Assembly (NCBI RefSeq): GCF_006345805.1
Contig: NC_043022.1
Coordinates: 10,602,001 to 10,666,000 of the forward strand
Direction: 5' to 3'
From: Octopus sinensis
Taxonomy: Eukaryota
Length of the DNA stretch: 64,000 nt
In this document: one piece after another, positions 52,416 to 64,000 of the stretch
How positions within the stretch are numbered: the first letter of the stretch is position 1
Layout: each line of letters opens with the position of its first letter
Made by a program: the position numbers and the translations under genes
Notes under the pieces: generated by a model
Told to the model about the DNA's origin: nothing
Databases searched by the model: none
Seen by the model: only the letters and a program-made list of their open reading frames with translations

Positions 52416-53334
52416 AACTTGCCTTCTATATTATGTCCCAAAAAGTTTTTTATCTCATTATACCTCTTATTATTTCATATATTTTTATATTTTCACACAT
52501 AATAATTTTTTCTGTACTTTTCTATCCTGCATTTTTTCCTGTGCCTATATAGACGTGTATATAGATTCATTTGTACACGTGTGTGAATATGTATGAGTGG
52601 TCAGTTTTAGATGTGTGCGTGTGTGCAGGCATAAGAATGCATATATATATAGATGTTTTTACTTAGTATTTTTCCATTTTTTTAGGTTTTTTTAAGGGGG
52701 GGGGGGCATATGTATATTCATTTTTTGTATATGCGTGTAAGTGTATGCGTATATAAACATGTGCGGGTATGTACATATATGGGCGTGTGTGTGTATGAGT
52801 GCCTAGGGGCATGTCCGTATATGAACGTGGTTTTTATGCTTTGTATACTTCCTTATGTTTTTTTCTGTTACCTTTAACCATGGTTTTTCTTGTGCTTGTG
52901 CGTATATAGACGTATGTATGAACTTTTACGGTACGCATGTGTGTGTGTATGAGTTTGTATATATATGTGTATATATTTGGCGAAAAATGCGAGTGAAGAT
53001 GTGTACGTTTTCATAGTGACATATAAGTACGCACGTGGGTCCGTGAGTGCACATGTGAGCGTATGACTAGCCATGTTTACTATGAAATTTTAATCTTATT
53101 TTATATGAGTAGCAGAATTATAACACAGTAATTTCCCTTTATATAACGGTATTTTTTCATAGCGTTTTTCAGATGGCCAGATAACCGAAAAGATGGTGTT
53201 GTGGATTTCCAGTTCGGCATCTGAAACTCAGAGTTTTATCTTGACTATTGAGTAAATGTAACATATTATTTTATATATATATATATACATACACCCATAT
53301 ATTACATACATACCTTGAAATAAAAAACGATTAC

Positions 53335-53407
53335 CTTCGTACCATGGTTTCACTTGTTAATATCAACGCATACAAAATCACAGGTAACTGCAAGATCATC
53401 AGCGTAG
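53335..53407 (-). ncRNA. Type I hammerhead motif with 44-nt stem II
   Basis: CUACG CUGAUGA UCUUG..CAAGU GAAA CCAUGG UA CGAAG. A partial inverted copy lies at ~53578-53632. Confidence 0.6.
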
Positions 53408-53804
53408 TCTGTCGCTTACAAAACACAATTTACAGAACTAGATACAGAACGCTCAACTGAAATCAAGTATGTATTAAGTTCTCCAAATTATATTTGGGTG
53501 TATTTTTCAAATGACTTCATTTTGGCATGCTAAGGCCGGATATTACTCAGCGCGCCAAAGTGAGGATTTCTGCATGTTTGCATACGTAGATATTAACAAG
53601 AGAAACCGTGGTATGAAGGTAATCGTTTTTTATTTCGTATATTTTCATTTGTTTTGCTCATTTTTACATTTTGTCGTTTTGCTGAGATTTTTCTTGAGAA
53701 CACACTCTTTGTGGTAATGGCAATGTGACATCTATGTTTAGCATATTAAGTGTCCACTTTCTCTTAATTATATATATATATATATATACACATCTTATTT
53801 TTTA

Positions 53805-54200
53805 CTTGTTTCAGTCATTAGACTCTGGCCATGGTGGGGCACTGCCTTGAAGAATTTTTAGTTGCAAGATTTCACCCTAGTTCTTTTTTTTAAAGCCTGT
53901 TACTTGCTTATTCTATTGATCTCCTTCTGCTCAACTGCTATTTTTACAGGGATATAAACACGCCAACACCAGTTGTCAAGCTGTGGTAGGGGACAAATAA
54001 AGGCACACACATACATGCACATATTTATATATATGACAGGCTTCTTTCAGTTTCCATCTACCAAATCTACTCACAAGGCTTTGGTTGGTCTGAGACTATA
54101 ATAGAAAACACTTGCCTAAGGTCCCAACCACATGGTTCTGGATTGAACCCAGAACCATGTGGTTGGGAAGCAAGCTTCTTACCACATACAGCCACACCTG
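53805..54200 (-). mobile_element. CORE-like SINE family A (diverged)
   Basis: Reverse-complement match to the family. Confidence 0.7.
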
Positions 54201-54394
54201 CACTTGTTTGTGTATGTGTGTGTATGTGTGTCGTCACAATGAGGATATTCCAACCTCTTATAGGGATATTTATCATTGAATAATATATATATACATACAC
54301 ACATACACACACACACACACACATGCGCATACAAACACATATATGCTTTCTAAGGTGCCATTGTACTCTGATGGAGAAAAACAGAGATATATAT

Positions 54395-54475
<81 letters not shown>

Positions 54476-55859
54476 GTGACTGGGTAACAAGATCAATTCA
54501 CCTGTAAGTAATACTCTAATACAACAATACACGAAACCCTCACACACTGAAAATGCAGAAAGCCAGGCCCATTGCTGCCTGCTTAGAAATATCAATTCAT
54601 CTACCATCCCTGCCCCCATTTTAACCTGCTGAGAAATGCATTAGTAAGCAAGATTGATTGAATTACAAAAGACCTTCAAGTCATGTGCCTAATTAGGCAT
54701 GCTTAAATGATGAGCCTTAGTCTTCAAATGCATATATATATATACACATACATACACACACACATGCACACACACACACACATATATAAATTACTACGTT
54801 AGATATATATATATAAATAAAAACTTGGAGAAGAGAAATAGAGAAATAACGCGTGCGTTCGGTCATATAGTAATATAATAAATAGATAAAATATATGCAT
54901 ATATACATACATATATGTACATACTTACATCTACATGTATATATACATGCATACATATATATATATATGAGTACAGGACACCACACATAAATGTAGAACA
55001 CAACGAGAGATGAGAACATAAAATCAAACAAGGAAACAGACTATTTTTTAAACAACAAAAAAACAGAGTACAGGACAAACAATACAAGGAAAATTCCCCT
55101 TCATCAGCTGTCCCTGGTTCGACTCAAAGTGTGTTTCGAAGGTAAGGACAGAACACAGTCGAAGAAGTCCTTCCTGCAAAAGGAATTAAATAAAATTCTT
55201 TTGCAGAGGGGTAAAACAAGTGACAAAAACAGGACGTAAAAGCAATACAAATGAAGAAAAAACAGTACAATAAAGAGACAGGACAGGAAACAGACAATAA
55301 GGGCTTTTTTTGCCTGGACGGTGGAAAAATTAGTTAAAACGCATGTGAAAAAATCGGCTTATGAAGGACAGAGAAGTCAATCTATAGTTGTTGAAAGATG
55401 AAGCTGAAAGAAAGTTTTAGCAACCCTCTGGTCAGAGCAGTGTGGATATATTTTTTATTGGTTGACTGGTAGAGTTGTTACATTGTTGTATATAATGGAA
55501 TGATGCACTACAGTGTTAGTTCAAATTCCGCCAAGGTCAACTTTGTCTTTCATTTTTGGGGATTCATAAACTAAGTGCAAACATATTACTGCTTGTGCCT
55601 CTGTATGTGTATGTATGTACACATGCATGTATGCATACAGACACAGCTGCAAACACACACACTAATATATACACAGACACAGACACACATACATATATAT
55701 ATATACAGGGAGTTTTTTTTAATAAATAATTGGCAGAGGTTACAGAGTGACTCAAGTGCCGAAATACCCTGCTCTTGGGTCACTCTCACTTAAGATAATT
55801 AATAATAATATATATATATATATATTGGAGACCAAAATGTATGTACGCCACTATATATA

Positions 55860-56050
55860 TTTGGTGATTTTTTTCCTCCGTCTTCCCTTCCTTGGATCTT
55901 TCCTTTTCCTGTTTCTGATGAAGAGCTCCATTCGAAACATTAAATCCTCTTTCTTTCTTTCCTTTCCTGAGCGTCAAATAACACTATACTTGTTCCATGT
56001 CCTCGCGTTGTTGTGTTTTCTCTTTGTGTTTTCATATTTGGATTAACTTA
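55860..56050 (+). mobile_element. Second copy of the 18037 PLE-like family
   Basis: GTTT CTGATGA A GAGC TCC ATTC GAAA CA TT AAAT at 55911-55945. Confidence 0.55.
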
Positions 56051-56776
56051 TATATCATCATCATCATCATCGTTTAACGTCCGTTCTCCATGCTAGCATG
56101 GGTTGGACGGTTCGACCGGGGATCTGGGAAGCCAGAAGGCTGCACCAGGCTCCAGTCTTTTCTGGCAATGTTTCTACAGCTGGATGCCCTTCCTAACGCC
56201 AACCACTCCGTGAGTGTAGTGGGTGCTTTTTACGTGTATATAAAATACAAAATGGGACAAGAACGCAAAACATCCAGATAGACGATACAAAGAAAACAAG
56301 GACGGGTCATTCGAAGTTTTCTTTCCTCAGTCAAGCACCAGATTATCCTCGCAATTTTGGCTGATTATTCTTGAGATTGCTCTAATCTGGCCAGCGCCAT
56401 GGAAAAACAAAGGTAAGAGCATTAGATTCCTTGGAAGAAAGCAGCGAATGTATGCAAAAACAAGAAACGAAAAAATGGACAATGTTACACGAATATAAAT
56501 ACAATAAAAATAATAACAGGACATAACAACAGGTGTCTTTCGACTAAGGATGAATTGAATTAAGTTTCTTATGAGAGAAATTGCCAAAAAGAGAAATTTT
56601 TCCTAATACTATAATAATATTATATCATTATACTATTAAATAATATTATATCATTATATTATTAAAAAATATTCTCTTTCTCCGTCTGATGATTTCTCTA
56701 ATAGGAAATTCCTTACATGTCTATCGAACATGTAAATCTTTGTGATTCCTATTGAAAAATAAAACACTTGTAATCA

Positions 56777-57147
56777 TCTATATATATATAAAGCTGAAGT
56801 TGTCTGTGTGTGGCAGGTTTGGTAGCCTTCAACTAACACTATCTCCTCCGATACCCTGCAGCACAAGTTGACCAAAATTGAAAGTATGATAGAAGAAGGC
56901 TTGTTCTTCATTCTGTAGCAGATAAAATTCAAATCGGACCATGTTAAGACCAAAAATTATTTACATCAAAAAGGTGCTTTTTTCTTAAGAAAATCCCTAT
57001 TTTTTATGATTTTTTGACTGCTGTGTCGTCATTTTTCGGTGTATTTCAAACAGAAAAAAAGCTACATAATGCAAATTTTTTACTTTTCAAAAATTCCAAA
57101 TCTATAGGGTCAAAACAAACCCGAGCAATGCCAGGTAATACTGCTAG
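56777..57147 (+). mobile_element. Non-autonomous Helitron
   Basis: 5' TC after A; 3' hairpin CCCGAGCAATGCCAGG, then CTAG followed by T. Confidence 0.7.
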
Positions 57148-57654
57148 TAGAGAATAAATATTACCAAGAAATTTCCATTTTCCTGTTTTGTTTATTCACC
57201 GACACTGCAAATGATATTTCCATAATCCTCAATTTTAATGTTTTGATTTACATGCAACAATAACAAAGAATACATATTGATTTGCAACAATAAAATAAGC
57301 AGATGTTCTTCAAGAGGAAACAGCTAGGATTGATCCTAAACACCTGTATTACACAGACACGTACAACACACAAAATAAATATACACATTCTTTTATTTTT
57401 TTATCAACAGAGAAAACTAGTTGTTGTCTTTCTAGTTGAAGGTATTTTCCAATCAGTCCTGAAGTGATGGTTGTTATAAGGGACGACTGTTGGTGTTGCT
57501 GGAAGAGCACAGTAGAATGAATGCCTCAGCCCTAGAAGAGATGGGAGTGGAACGAAAGCCGGTGATGATGGCCAGATAATGGAAACTGTAATGTTATGGC
57601 CGCGTTATCTGGGCCCAGAACCTCTGTGCTCATATAGCATATAGTATATAGTAG

Positions 57655-57825
57655 GTGCAGGAGTGGTCTGTAGGTGCATGAGTGGCTGTGTGGTAAGTAG
57701 CTTGCTTACCAACCACATGGTTCCGGGTTCATTCCCACTGTGTGGCACTTTGGGCAAGTGTCTTCTACTGTAGTCTTGGGCCAACCAAAGCCTTGTGAGT
57801 GGGATTTGGTAGACATGTATATATA

Positions 57826-57858
<33 letters not shown>

Positions 57859-58296
57859 ATATATATATATATTAGAAGAAATGAGGTACTCAGAAATCCG
57901 GATGGTTTTATATTCACATATATTTATGAGTATGTTACATGTTTTTATACATCATATATCATATATTAGCGCTTTCGTCCATTCTAGTGGAGTCTTCAAA
58001 TTCAATCCGGATTTCTGAGTACCTCATTTCTTCTCATATATAATACCTGTACATCATCTCCAAACCTTCTAATATATATATGTATATGTGTGTATATATT
58101 TATGTGTCTGTGTTTGTCCCCACAACATTGCTTGACAACCAGTGGTGTGTGTTTACATCCCCGTAACTTAGCGGTTTGGAAAAAAAGAGACTGAAAGAAT
58201 AGGTACTAGGCTTACAAAGAATAAGTCCTGGGGTTGATTTGCTCGACTAAAGGCGGTGCTCCAGCATGGCCGCAGTCAAATGACTGAAACCAGTAA
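57655..58296 (+). mobile_element. CORE-like SINE family A carrying an insertion in its internal (TA)n
   Basis: The SINE halves flank 57874-58034. Confidence 0.8.
57874..58034 (-). mobile_element. PLE-like fragment with perfect 30-bp inverted ends and degenerate hammerhead motif
   Basis: Arms 57874-57903 and 58005-58034. Minus strand reads UUGAAGA CUCCA CUAGAA UGGAC GAAA GCGC UA at 57967-57999. Confidence 0.55.
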
Positions 58297-58743
58297 ATCA
58301 ATAATCACTACCACCCTGTTTGAGCAGCTCTAAGAACAAAGAAAATCCAGCCATGATCGTTCCATCTTCTTTTTTTTCTATATTTCTAAGACTTAGTATA
58401 ATCTAAGACTATATTACCCAACCTATCATTAATCATTTTTAATACAAAAGTGTAATTTGAGGGAGATTTGGCTGCTATTTTTGGTAGTTCAAACATCCAC
58501 TTGAAGCTTCATTGTTGGTTCTTAGATTACGTTATTGAATGTAATTTTTTTCTTTTTCTTTATTTTTTTTAAAAGTCAGCAGGGCATAATCTGAAGGGTC
58601 TATTTGTTATCTAGGCATAGCTACACAAGTTCCCCCCCCCCTCCACTGTAACAAGCTTCCTTCTTGTCTAATTCTTAATTTCCAAGTTCATATAATATAA
58701 TATGTTTATCCACTGCCCTTCTATTCTGTGGCGGGGTCACATA

Positions 58744-59084
58744 TCTCTCTATATATAAACGGCAAAATGTCTGTCAGTGTGTGTGTCCTTGATACAAATC
58801 CACAATTCTTCAGTTAGAGGGCTCGCACTTTCTATGGTCATTCAAAACCGTCCAAGGGTGGTTGTGCACATCTTTACAATTTTCCCAGTCACCCCGCAAA
58901 ACCATTAAAAAATTAATAGAAATGACTTTTTTGTGAATTTTCAATCAAAATGCCCGAAACTTGATACGCCAATTGAATCCCAGCTAGCTGTATGTGATTG
59001 GTCGGAGATTTGGACAGTATTCGCGTGTATGTGCGCATGCATGCACTAGCACTATTACCTGGCATTGCCGGGTCATAGTGCTAG
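58744..59084 (+). mobile_element. Non-autonomous Helitron
   Basis: TC start, subterminal hairpin, CTAG|T end. A second copy lies at 59583-59942. Confidence 0.7.
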
Positions 59085-59159
59085 TGTAGTATAATATATT
59101 CACTTAAAAATAGTTATTTTGCGGGGATCCATGTGGGCGACCCCATTAAAAAACAAATT

Positions 59160-59560
59160 CCCCCAACAACTAACTCTTTCCAGACCTATGACAAGAAGTG
59201 GAATCCTGCTGTCAGACGTATGGCCTTCCAACAGTCACCCTCTTTAGCCAGTGTTTAACCACAGTCTCCAGCAACTGCACATAGCCGTCTGAATTGAGCC
59301 TAAGATCCCGTTTAAAGGAGTGGGGCGGCATGATGTCACCTTTTCACTATAGACACACTCAAAGACCTTCACAGTTTGAGGAACTTGGTTTTCATGATGT
59401 CCATGTCACACCTTACAGCCTTTGTAGCGTTCACAGAGCCTGGAGCAACAGTGAATATTCAAAGAGCCTTCAGTCCTTCATGTCAGCTAACGTTTTTCCA
59501 GTTACAACTTTAATCTTTATGCTATCTAACGCCGCTGACCGTCCTCCGCTTCATTTTTTG
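59160..59560 (-). pseudogene. Tc1/mariner (maT/DD37D-like) transposase fragment
   Basis: Reads MKTKFLK..VFECV..IMPPHSFKRDLRLNSDGYVQLLETVVKHWLKRVTVGRPYV*QQDSTSCH, with stops and frameshifts. Confidence 0.7.
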
Positions 59561-59582
59561 TAAATCACTCTTTCTCATTTAA

Positions 59583-59942
59583 TCTCTCTATATATAAACA
59601 GCAAAATGTCTACGTGTGTGTCCTTTATACAATTCCACAATTTTTCAGTTAGAGGGCTTGCACTTTCTATGGTCATTCAAAACCGTCCTAGGGTGGTCGT
59701 GCACATCTTTACATTTCCCCAGCCACCCCGCAAAGCTATTAAAAAATTAATAGAAGTGACTTTTTTGTGAATTTTCTATCCAAAACCCAATCAAAATGCC
59801 TGAAACTTGATACGCCAATTGAATGGCAGCTAGCTTTATGTGATGGTCGGAGATTTGGACAGTACTCATGTGTATGTGCGCACGCACGCAGCTGTATATG
59901 TATGCACTAGCATTATGACCCAGCGTTGCCCCATAGTGCTAG
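59583..59942 (+). mobile_element. Non-autonomous Helitron (same family as 58744)
   Basis: Direct similarity to 58744-59084, with TC and CTAG ends. Confidence 0.7.
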
Positions 59943-60489
59943 TTGTATATCTTTTGTTTCGTCTCATTCAATACCCTGACCCCAATGTTTGTTTTGTCTG
60001 TCCTCGTATAGTCCTCTCTTTTTCTCAACCTCATGGTTAATAAAGAAATTGACTGTTCACTCGTTTGTGGTGCACCTGAGCACTGTATACAATAATTTCA
60101 TTATCATTATTATCAAGCTGTTCCTGAAAAAAACAAAAAGCCCTGTAATATAATTCACTCAATCCATTTGTTGGAGTTCAGCTTTCTTTTATTTTCTACT
60201 TGTTTCAATCATTAGACTGCGGCCATGCTGGGGCATCGTCTGGAAGGCTTTAATCGAACAAGTCGACCTTAGTACTTATATTTATTTTAAAGTCTGGTAT
60301 TGGATTTGTTTTCGCTGAATCGCTAGGTTATGGGAACGTAAATAAACCAACACCGGTTGCCAAGCGGTGGCGGGGAACAAACACAAACACACATACATGT
60401 GTGTACCAAATAGACTCACAAGGCTTTGGTCGGTCTATATTGTGTAATATAATTACTGAATCCTATTCTATTTTGCAAGGTCCACATAA

Positions 60490-60955
60490 TCTCTTATTAT
60501 AAAAGGCAGATTTTATCTGCCTCCCTTTGTCAGTTATAGAAATCTACAATATAGGATTTCTTCAATTACAATTTACCTAGCATTTTTAAGAGTAGAATGC
60601 ATCAGGTCATGCCAGGTCCAGTTTTTAAAATTTAAACTCCAATTAAGCAAAATTTACAGAAAACTCACATTCTGGTGTGTATGTCAAATGCTTTTCTTAA
60701 TGTGGTTTACACCACACGCTCACGCACACACACAGTGTGCAACGAATAAAATGAAAGTAATTCACTGTGTGTGTGTTGACAGGTAGACAATAGAATGCGA
60801 TGGCGATGTAATATTTGTTTCTGTCTATCACGCTGATAGATACATGAGTAAAATGTATGGCAAGCTAAGAGATAAGAGTGAGTGAAAATGTTCTTGGAAG
60901 AGAGTAAATAGCGAGAGTGATTTGAGGAAGACTTTACATTAAATAACCGTAGTGG
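60490..60955 (+). mobile_element. Helitron-like family B (5' part)
   Basis: TCTCTTATTATAAAAGGCAG start. Near-identical copies at 62711 and 63934. Confidence 0.55.
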
Positions 60956-60980
60956 CTTGTATATATACATATATACATAC

Positions 60981-61241
60981 ATAAGACAGTAAGGTGTGAT
61001 TTGAAGGAGATTTGGCTGCTATTTCTACCATGTCTAGCTGCCATGTAGGGGTCTCCCTCATAGGCTCATACATATATACATAGATAAGACAGTAAGGTGT
61101 GATTTGGGGGAAATTTGGCTGCTATTTCTACCAGGTCTAGCTACCATGTAGAGGTCCCCCTCATTGGCTCATATATATATACATACATAAGACAATAAGG
61201 TGTGATTTGAGGGAGATTTGGCTGCTGTTTCTACCAGGTCT
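60981..61241 (+). repeat. ~103-bp tandem repeat, about 2.5 units
   Basis: ATAAGACAGTAAGGTGTGATTTG..GAGATTTGGCTGCTATTTCTACC at 60981, 61084 and 61187. A dispersed copy lies near 14090 (-). Confidence 0.8.
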
Positions 61242-61602
61242 GTTAGGCCTTCTCATGTAAACTCAAGCTTTCTCATGCCTTGAACATAAGACCAAAGCAG
61301 AGAATGTATTCTTTTATTCTTCTGCTTTTTCCAGCCATTGGTCTGTGGCCATGCTGGGGCAATGCCTTGAAGAATTGTAGTTTAATGAATCAACTCCAGT
61401 TTTATTTTTGTAAGCATTGTACTTATTCTATCTGTTTCCTTTGTCAAACCACTAGGTGACAGGGATGTAAACAAACCAACATTCGTTGTCAAGCAGTGGT
61501 GGAGGACAATCACAAGCACAGACACGCACACACACACACATACATGCATACACATATACACACATACATACATACATATATATATATGTGTGTATATATA
61601 TA

Positions 61603-61925
61603 TTGCAGCGTGGAAGGTGTTTGTAAGCCATTTAAGAAACACACAAAAACCGTTAGATTCACTTCAACATTTAAATTTAATTTGCCAAAATATTTTCCTC
61701 GCTTTGAGACCGCGACCTGTTCACTGACAAAAATATCGTGCTAACAGGTCGCGGTCTCAAAGCGACGAAAATATTTTGACAAATTAAATTTAAATGTTGA
61801 AGTGAATCTAACGGTTTTTGTGTGTTTCTTAAATGGCTTATAAACACCTTCAACGCTGCAACTGTTTTCCTTCCAGCACACGATCTCAGATCAAGTCACT
61901 TGCTATGCAAGTACATCTCTGTAAC
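61603..61925. mobile_element. PLE-like fold-back with 119-bp arms and a G3-C8 hammerhead motif
   Basis: Arms 61603-61721 and 61743-61861 with 4 mismatches; 21-nt spacer; (TA)n flanks. Confidence 0.7.
61681..61731 (-). ncRNA. Type I hammerhead motif with GUGAACA core
   Basis: UUUGUCA GUGAACA G GUCGC GGUCUCAAA GCGA(G/C) GAAA AUAU UU UG(G/A)CAAA. Confidence 0.55.
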
Positions 61926-62035
61926 TATATATATATTTATATATATGTATATATATATATATATATGTATATTGGTAAAAACAGTAAGATAACAAAAGAA
62001 AGAAAGAGACCTCAATATTATGTAAATAGAGGAAA

Positions 62036-62415
62036 TCTTTATATATAAAAGTGAGGTTGTGTGTCTGTCTCCTACGATTTAGATTCCTAACTACTCCCAC
62101 ATTTTGCTGTGCAGTTTAACCAAAACCGGGTATCTTATAGTCGTGATTCATATTGAGACCGTCTGGATATTAGCATGAGTCTACGATTTAAAAAAAAATT
62201 TACCATCAATTTTTCCCATTTTTAATCAATTTTTGACATATATAAGGGAAGTAACTCTCTAAAATTTATTAAATCTCAGAACGTAAAAAGCTACAGTAAC
62301 ACCCCTCCCCCTTTGTGGTTAGCCATATTGAGATGGCTATTATACTTTACATCTCTAAAAATACTTATATAATTATTTCCCTTACAAACCCGAGCAACGC
62401 CGGGCGATACTGCTA

Positions 62416-62416
<1 letters not shown>
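62036..62416 (+). mobile_element. Non-autonomous Helitron family A
   Basis: TC start; CCCGAGCAACGCCGGG hairpin and CTAG|T end. Second copy at 63559-63933. Confidence 0.75.
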
Positions 62417-62459
<43 letters not shown>

Positions 62460-62710
62460 ATATGTATATATATGTATGTATGTATATATGTATATATATA
62501 TATGTATGTATGTATATATGTATATATATATATGTATATATATGTATGTATATATGTATATATATATATGTATGTATATATGTATATATATATGTATGTA
62601 TGTATATATATATGTATGTATGTATATATATATATGTATGTATGTATATATGTATATATATATATATATATGTATGTATATATATATATATGTATGTATG
62701 TATATATGTA

Positions 62711-63150
62711 TCTCTTATTATAAAAGGCAGATTTTATCTGCCTCCCTTTGTCACTTATAGAAATCTACAATATAGGATTTCTTCAATTACAATTTACCTA
62801 GCATTTTTAAGAGTAGAATGCATCGGGTCATGCCAGGTCCAGTTTTTAAAATTTTAACTCCAATTAAGCAAAATTTACAGAAAACTCACATTCTGGTGTG
62901 TATGTCAAATGCTTTTCTTCGTCTGGTTTACAGCAAACGCACACACACAGTGTGCAACGAATAAAATGAAAGTAATTCACTGTGTGTGTGTTGACAGGTA
63001 GACAATAGAATGCGATGGCGATGTAATATTTGTTTCTGTCTATCACGCTGATAGATACATGAGTAAAATGTATGGCAAGCTAAGAGATAAGAGTGAGTGA
63101 AAATGTTCTTGGAAGAGAGTAAATAGCGACAGAGTGATTTGAGGAAGACT
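62711..63150 (+). mobile_element. Helitron-like family B (5' part)
   Basis: Near-identical to 60490-60955. Confidence 0.55.
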
Positions 63151-63232
63151 AAACTGAAAGTATGAAACAGTGTTTATGTATAAACAGACGACACTTATAT
63201 ATAGGTATTAATAAATGTATGCATCCGTTTAA

Positions 63233-63558
63233 CCCTTTCGTTACCAAACCGCCCGAATTTACCTATTCATATTTAAATGAGAATATCAGAGTAAATCTCT
63301 TTAGTACATTCGTGAAAACACGTATTATACTTCGTAAACACTTCAAATACAGTTTTGTACAAAAATCGAAGTGTAATTTTAATTCCGTGAATTATGGGAG
63401 ATTTTTTTCCGAAATTTGTTCCTATTGTGTTTTCAAAATTTGTAATTCTGACAAAAAATGGATACGAATTTCATTATATCAAGCAGCGAGTCAGAATTCG
63501 AAGGATTTTCTACTGAAGACCTTCATAAATCTAACTCTATGACTGAAAAAAAAAAGCA
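63233..63558 (+). mobile_element. piggyBac-like 5' end with start of an acidic N-terminal ORF
   Basis: TTAA|CCCTTTCGTTAC end. ORF MDTNFIISSSESEFEGFSTEDL is cut by a Helitron at 63559. Confidence 0.55.
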
Positions 63559-64000
63559 TCTTTATATAAGAGTGAAGTTGTGTGTCTGTCTCCTACGATT
63601 TAGATTCCTAACTACTCCCACATTTTGCAGTGCAGTTTAACCAAAAGCGAGTATCTTATAGTCGTGATTCATATCGAGCCCTTCTGGGTATTAGCGCGCG
63701 TCTACGATTTAAAAAAAATTTACCATCATATTTTTCCATTTTAATGCATTTTTTTCGCTTTTATATAAGGGAAGTAACTCTCTAAAAATATCTACGATGT
63801 GTCAACGAATTAAAGAAAAAATTTACCTTAATTCTTTTTCAATTTTTAATGCATTTTTTTGCTATAACTCTCTAAAAATGCTTATATAGTTATTTCCCTT
63901 ACAAACCCGAGCAACGCCGGGCGATACTGCTAGTCTCTTATTATAAAAGGCAGATTTTATCTGCCTCCCTTTGTCAGTTATAGAAATCTACAATATAGGA
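63559..64000 (+). mobile_element. Helitron family A (63559-63933) directly followed by family B (63934 to end)
   Basis: Junction ..GCTAG|TCTCTTATTATAAAAGG. Confidence 0.7.

Noticed and set aside
53070-53245. Open frames on both strands with splice-like sites
   Set aside because: Both strands look equally plausible, the protein is not recognised, and the region lies within a probable PLE 3' region.
53370-53415. Minus-strand peptide DYADDLAV resembling an RT YADD motif
   Set aside because: All frames are closed by nearby stops. The match arises from the CTGATGA of the hammerhead core.
55060-55150. CTGATGA with AAGG/CCTT hairpin on the minus strand
   Set aside because: No GAAA follows stem II, and a permuted (type II) fold gave no convincing stem I or III. 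Probably a PLE-like terminal repeat, but the HHR is unsupported.
56295-56335. CTGAGGA AAG AAAA CTT CGAA on the minus strand
   Set aside because: GAAA box is incomplete and there is no stem I.

Overview
AT-rich, microsatellite-dense eukaryotic DNA with no confidently identifiable host exon. The repeat families suggest an octopus or other coleoid cephalopod intron or intergenic region (inference). The window is mostly retroelements: two long RTE-clade LINEs (27.2-29.9 kb +, 42.9-46.1 kb -), a CR1-type LINE (20.4-22.7 kb -), many tRNA-derived SINEs, and fragments of HERO-like, CRE-like, L2-like and Penelope-like elements. DNA transposons include mariner and maT transposase fragments, piggyBac, hAT-like and Merlin-like MITEs, and a cluster of non-autonomous Helitrons at 56.8-64 kb. 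The most notable signal is a set of hammerhead-ribozyme (HHR) motifs. About ten apparently unrelated short repeat families, most embedded in (TA)n tracts, carry the CUGANGA / stem II / GAAA / palindromic stem III / UH architecture. One forms a tandem array of ~597-bp units (23.2-25.9 kb) with intact cores and a 75-nt stem II, resembling a retrozyme or circRNA-derived insertion. Another (61.7 kb) has a compensatory G3-C8 core. Several are arranged as head-to-head fold-backs. All HHR calls come from reading the sequence by eye; none has been shown to cleave.
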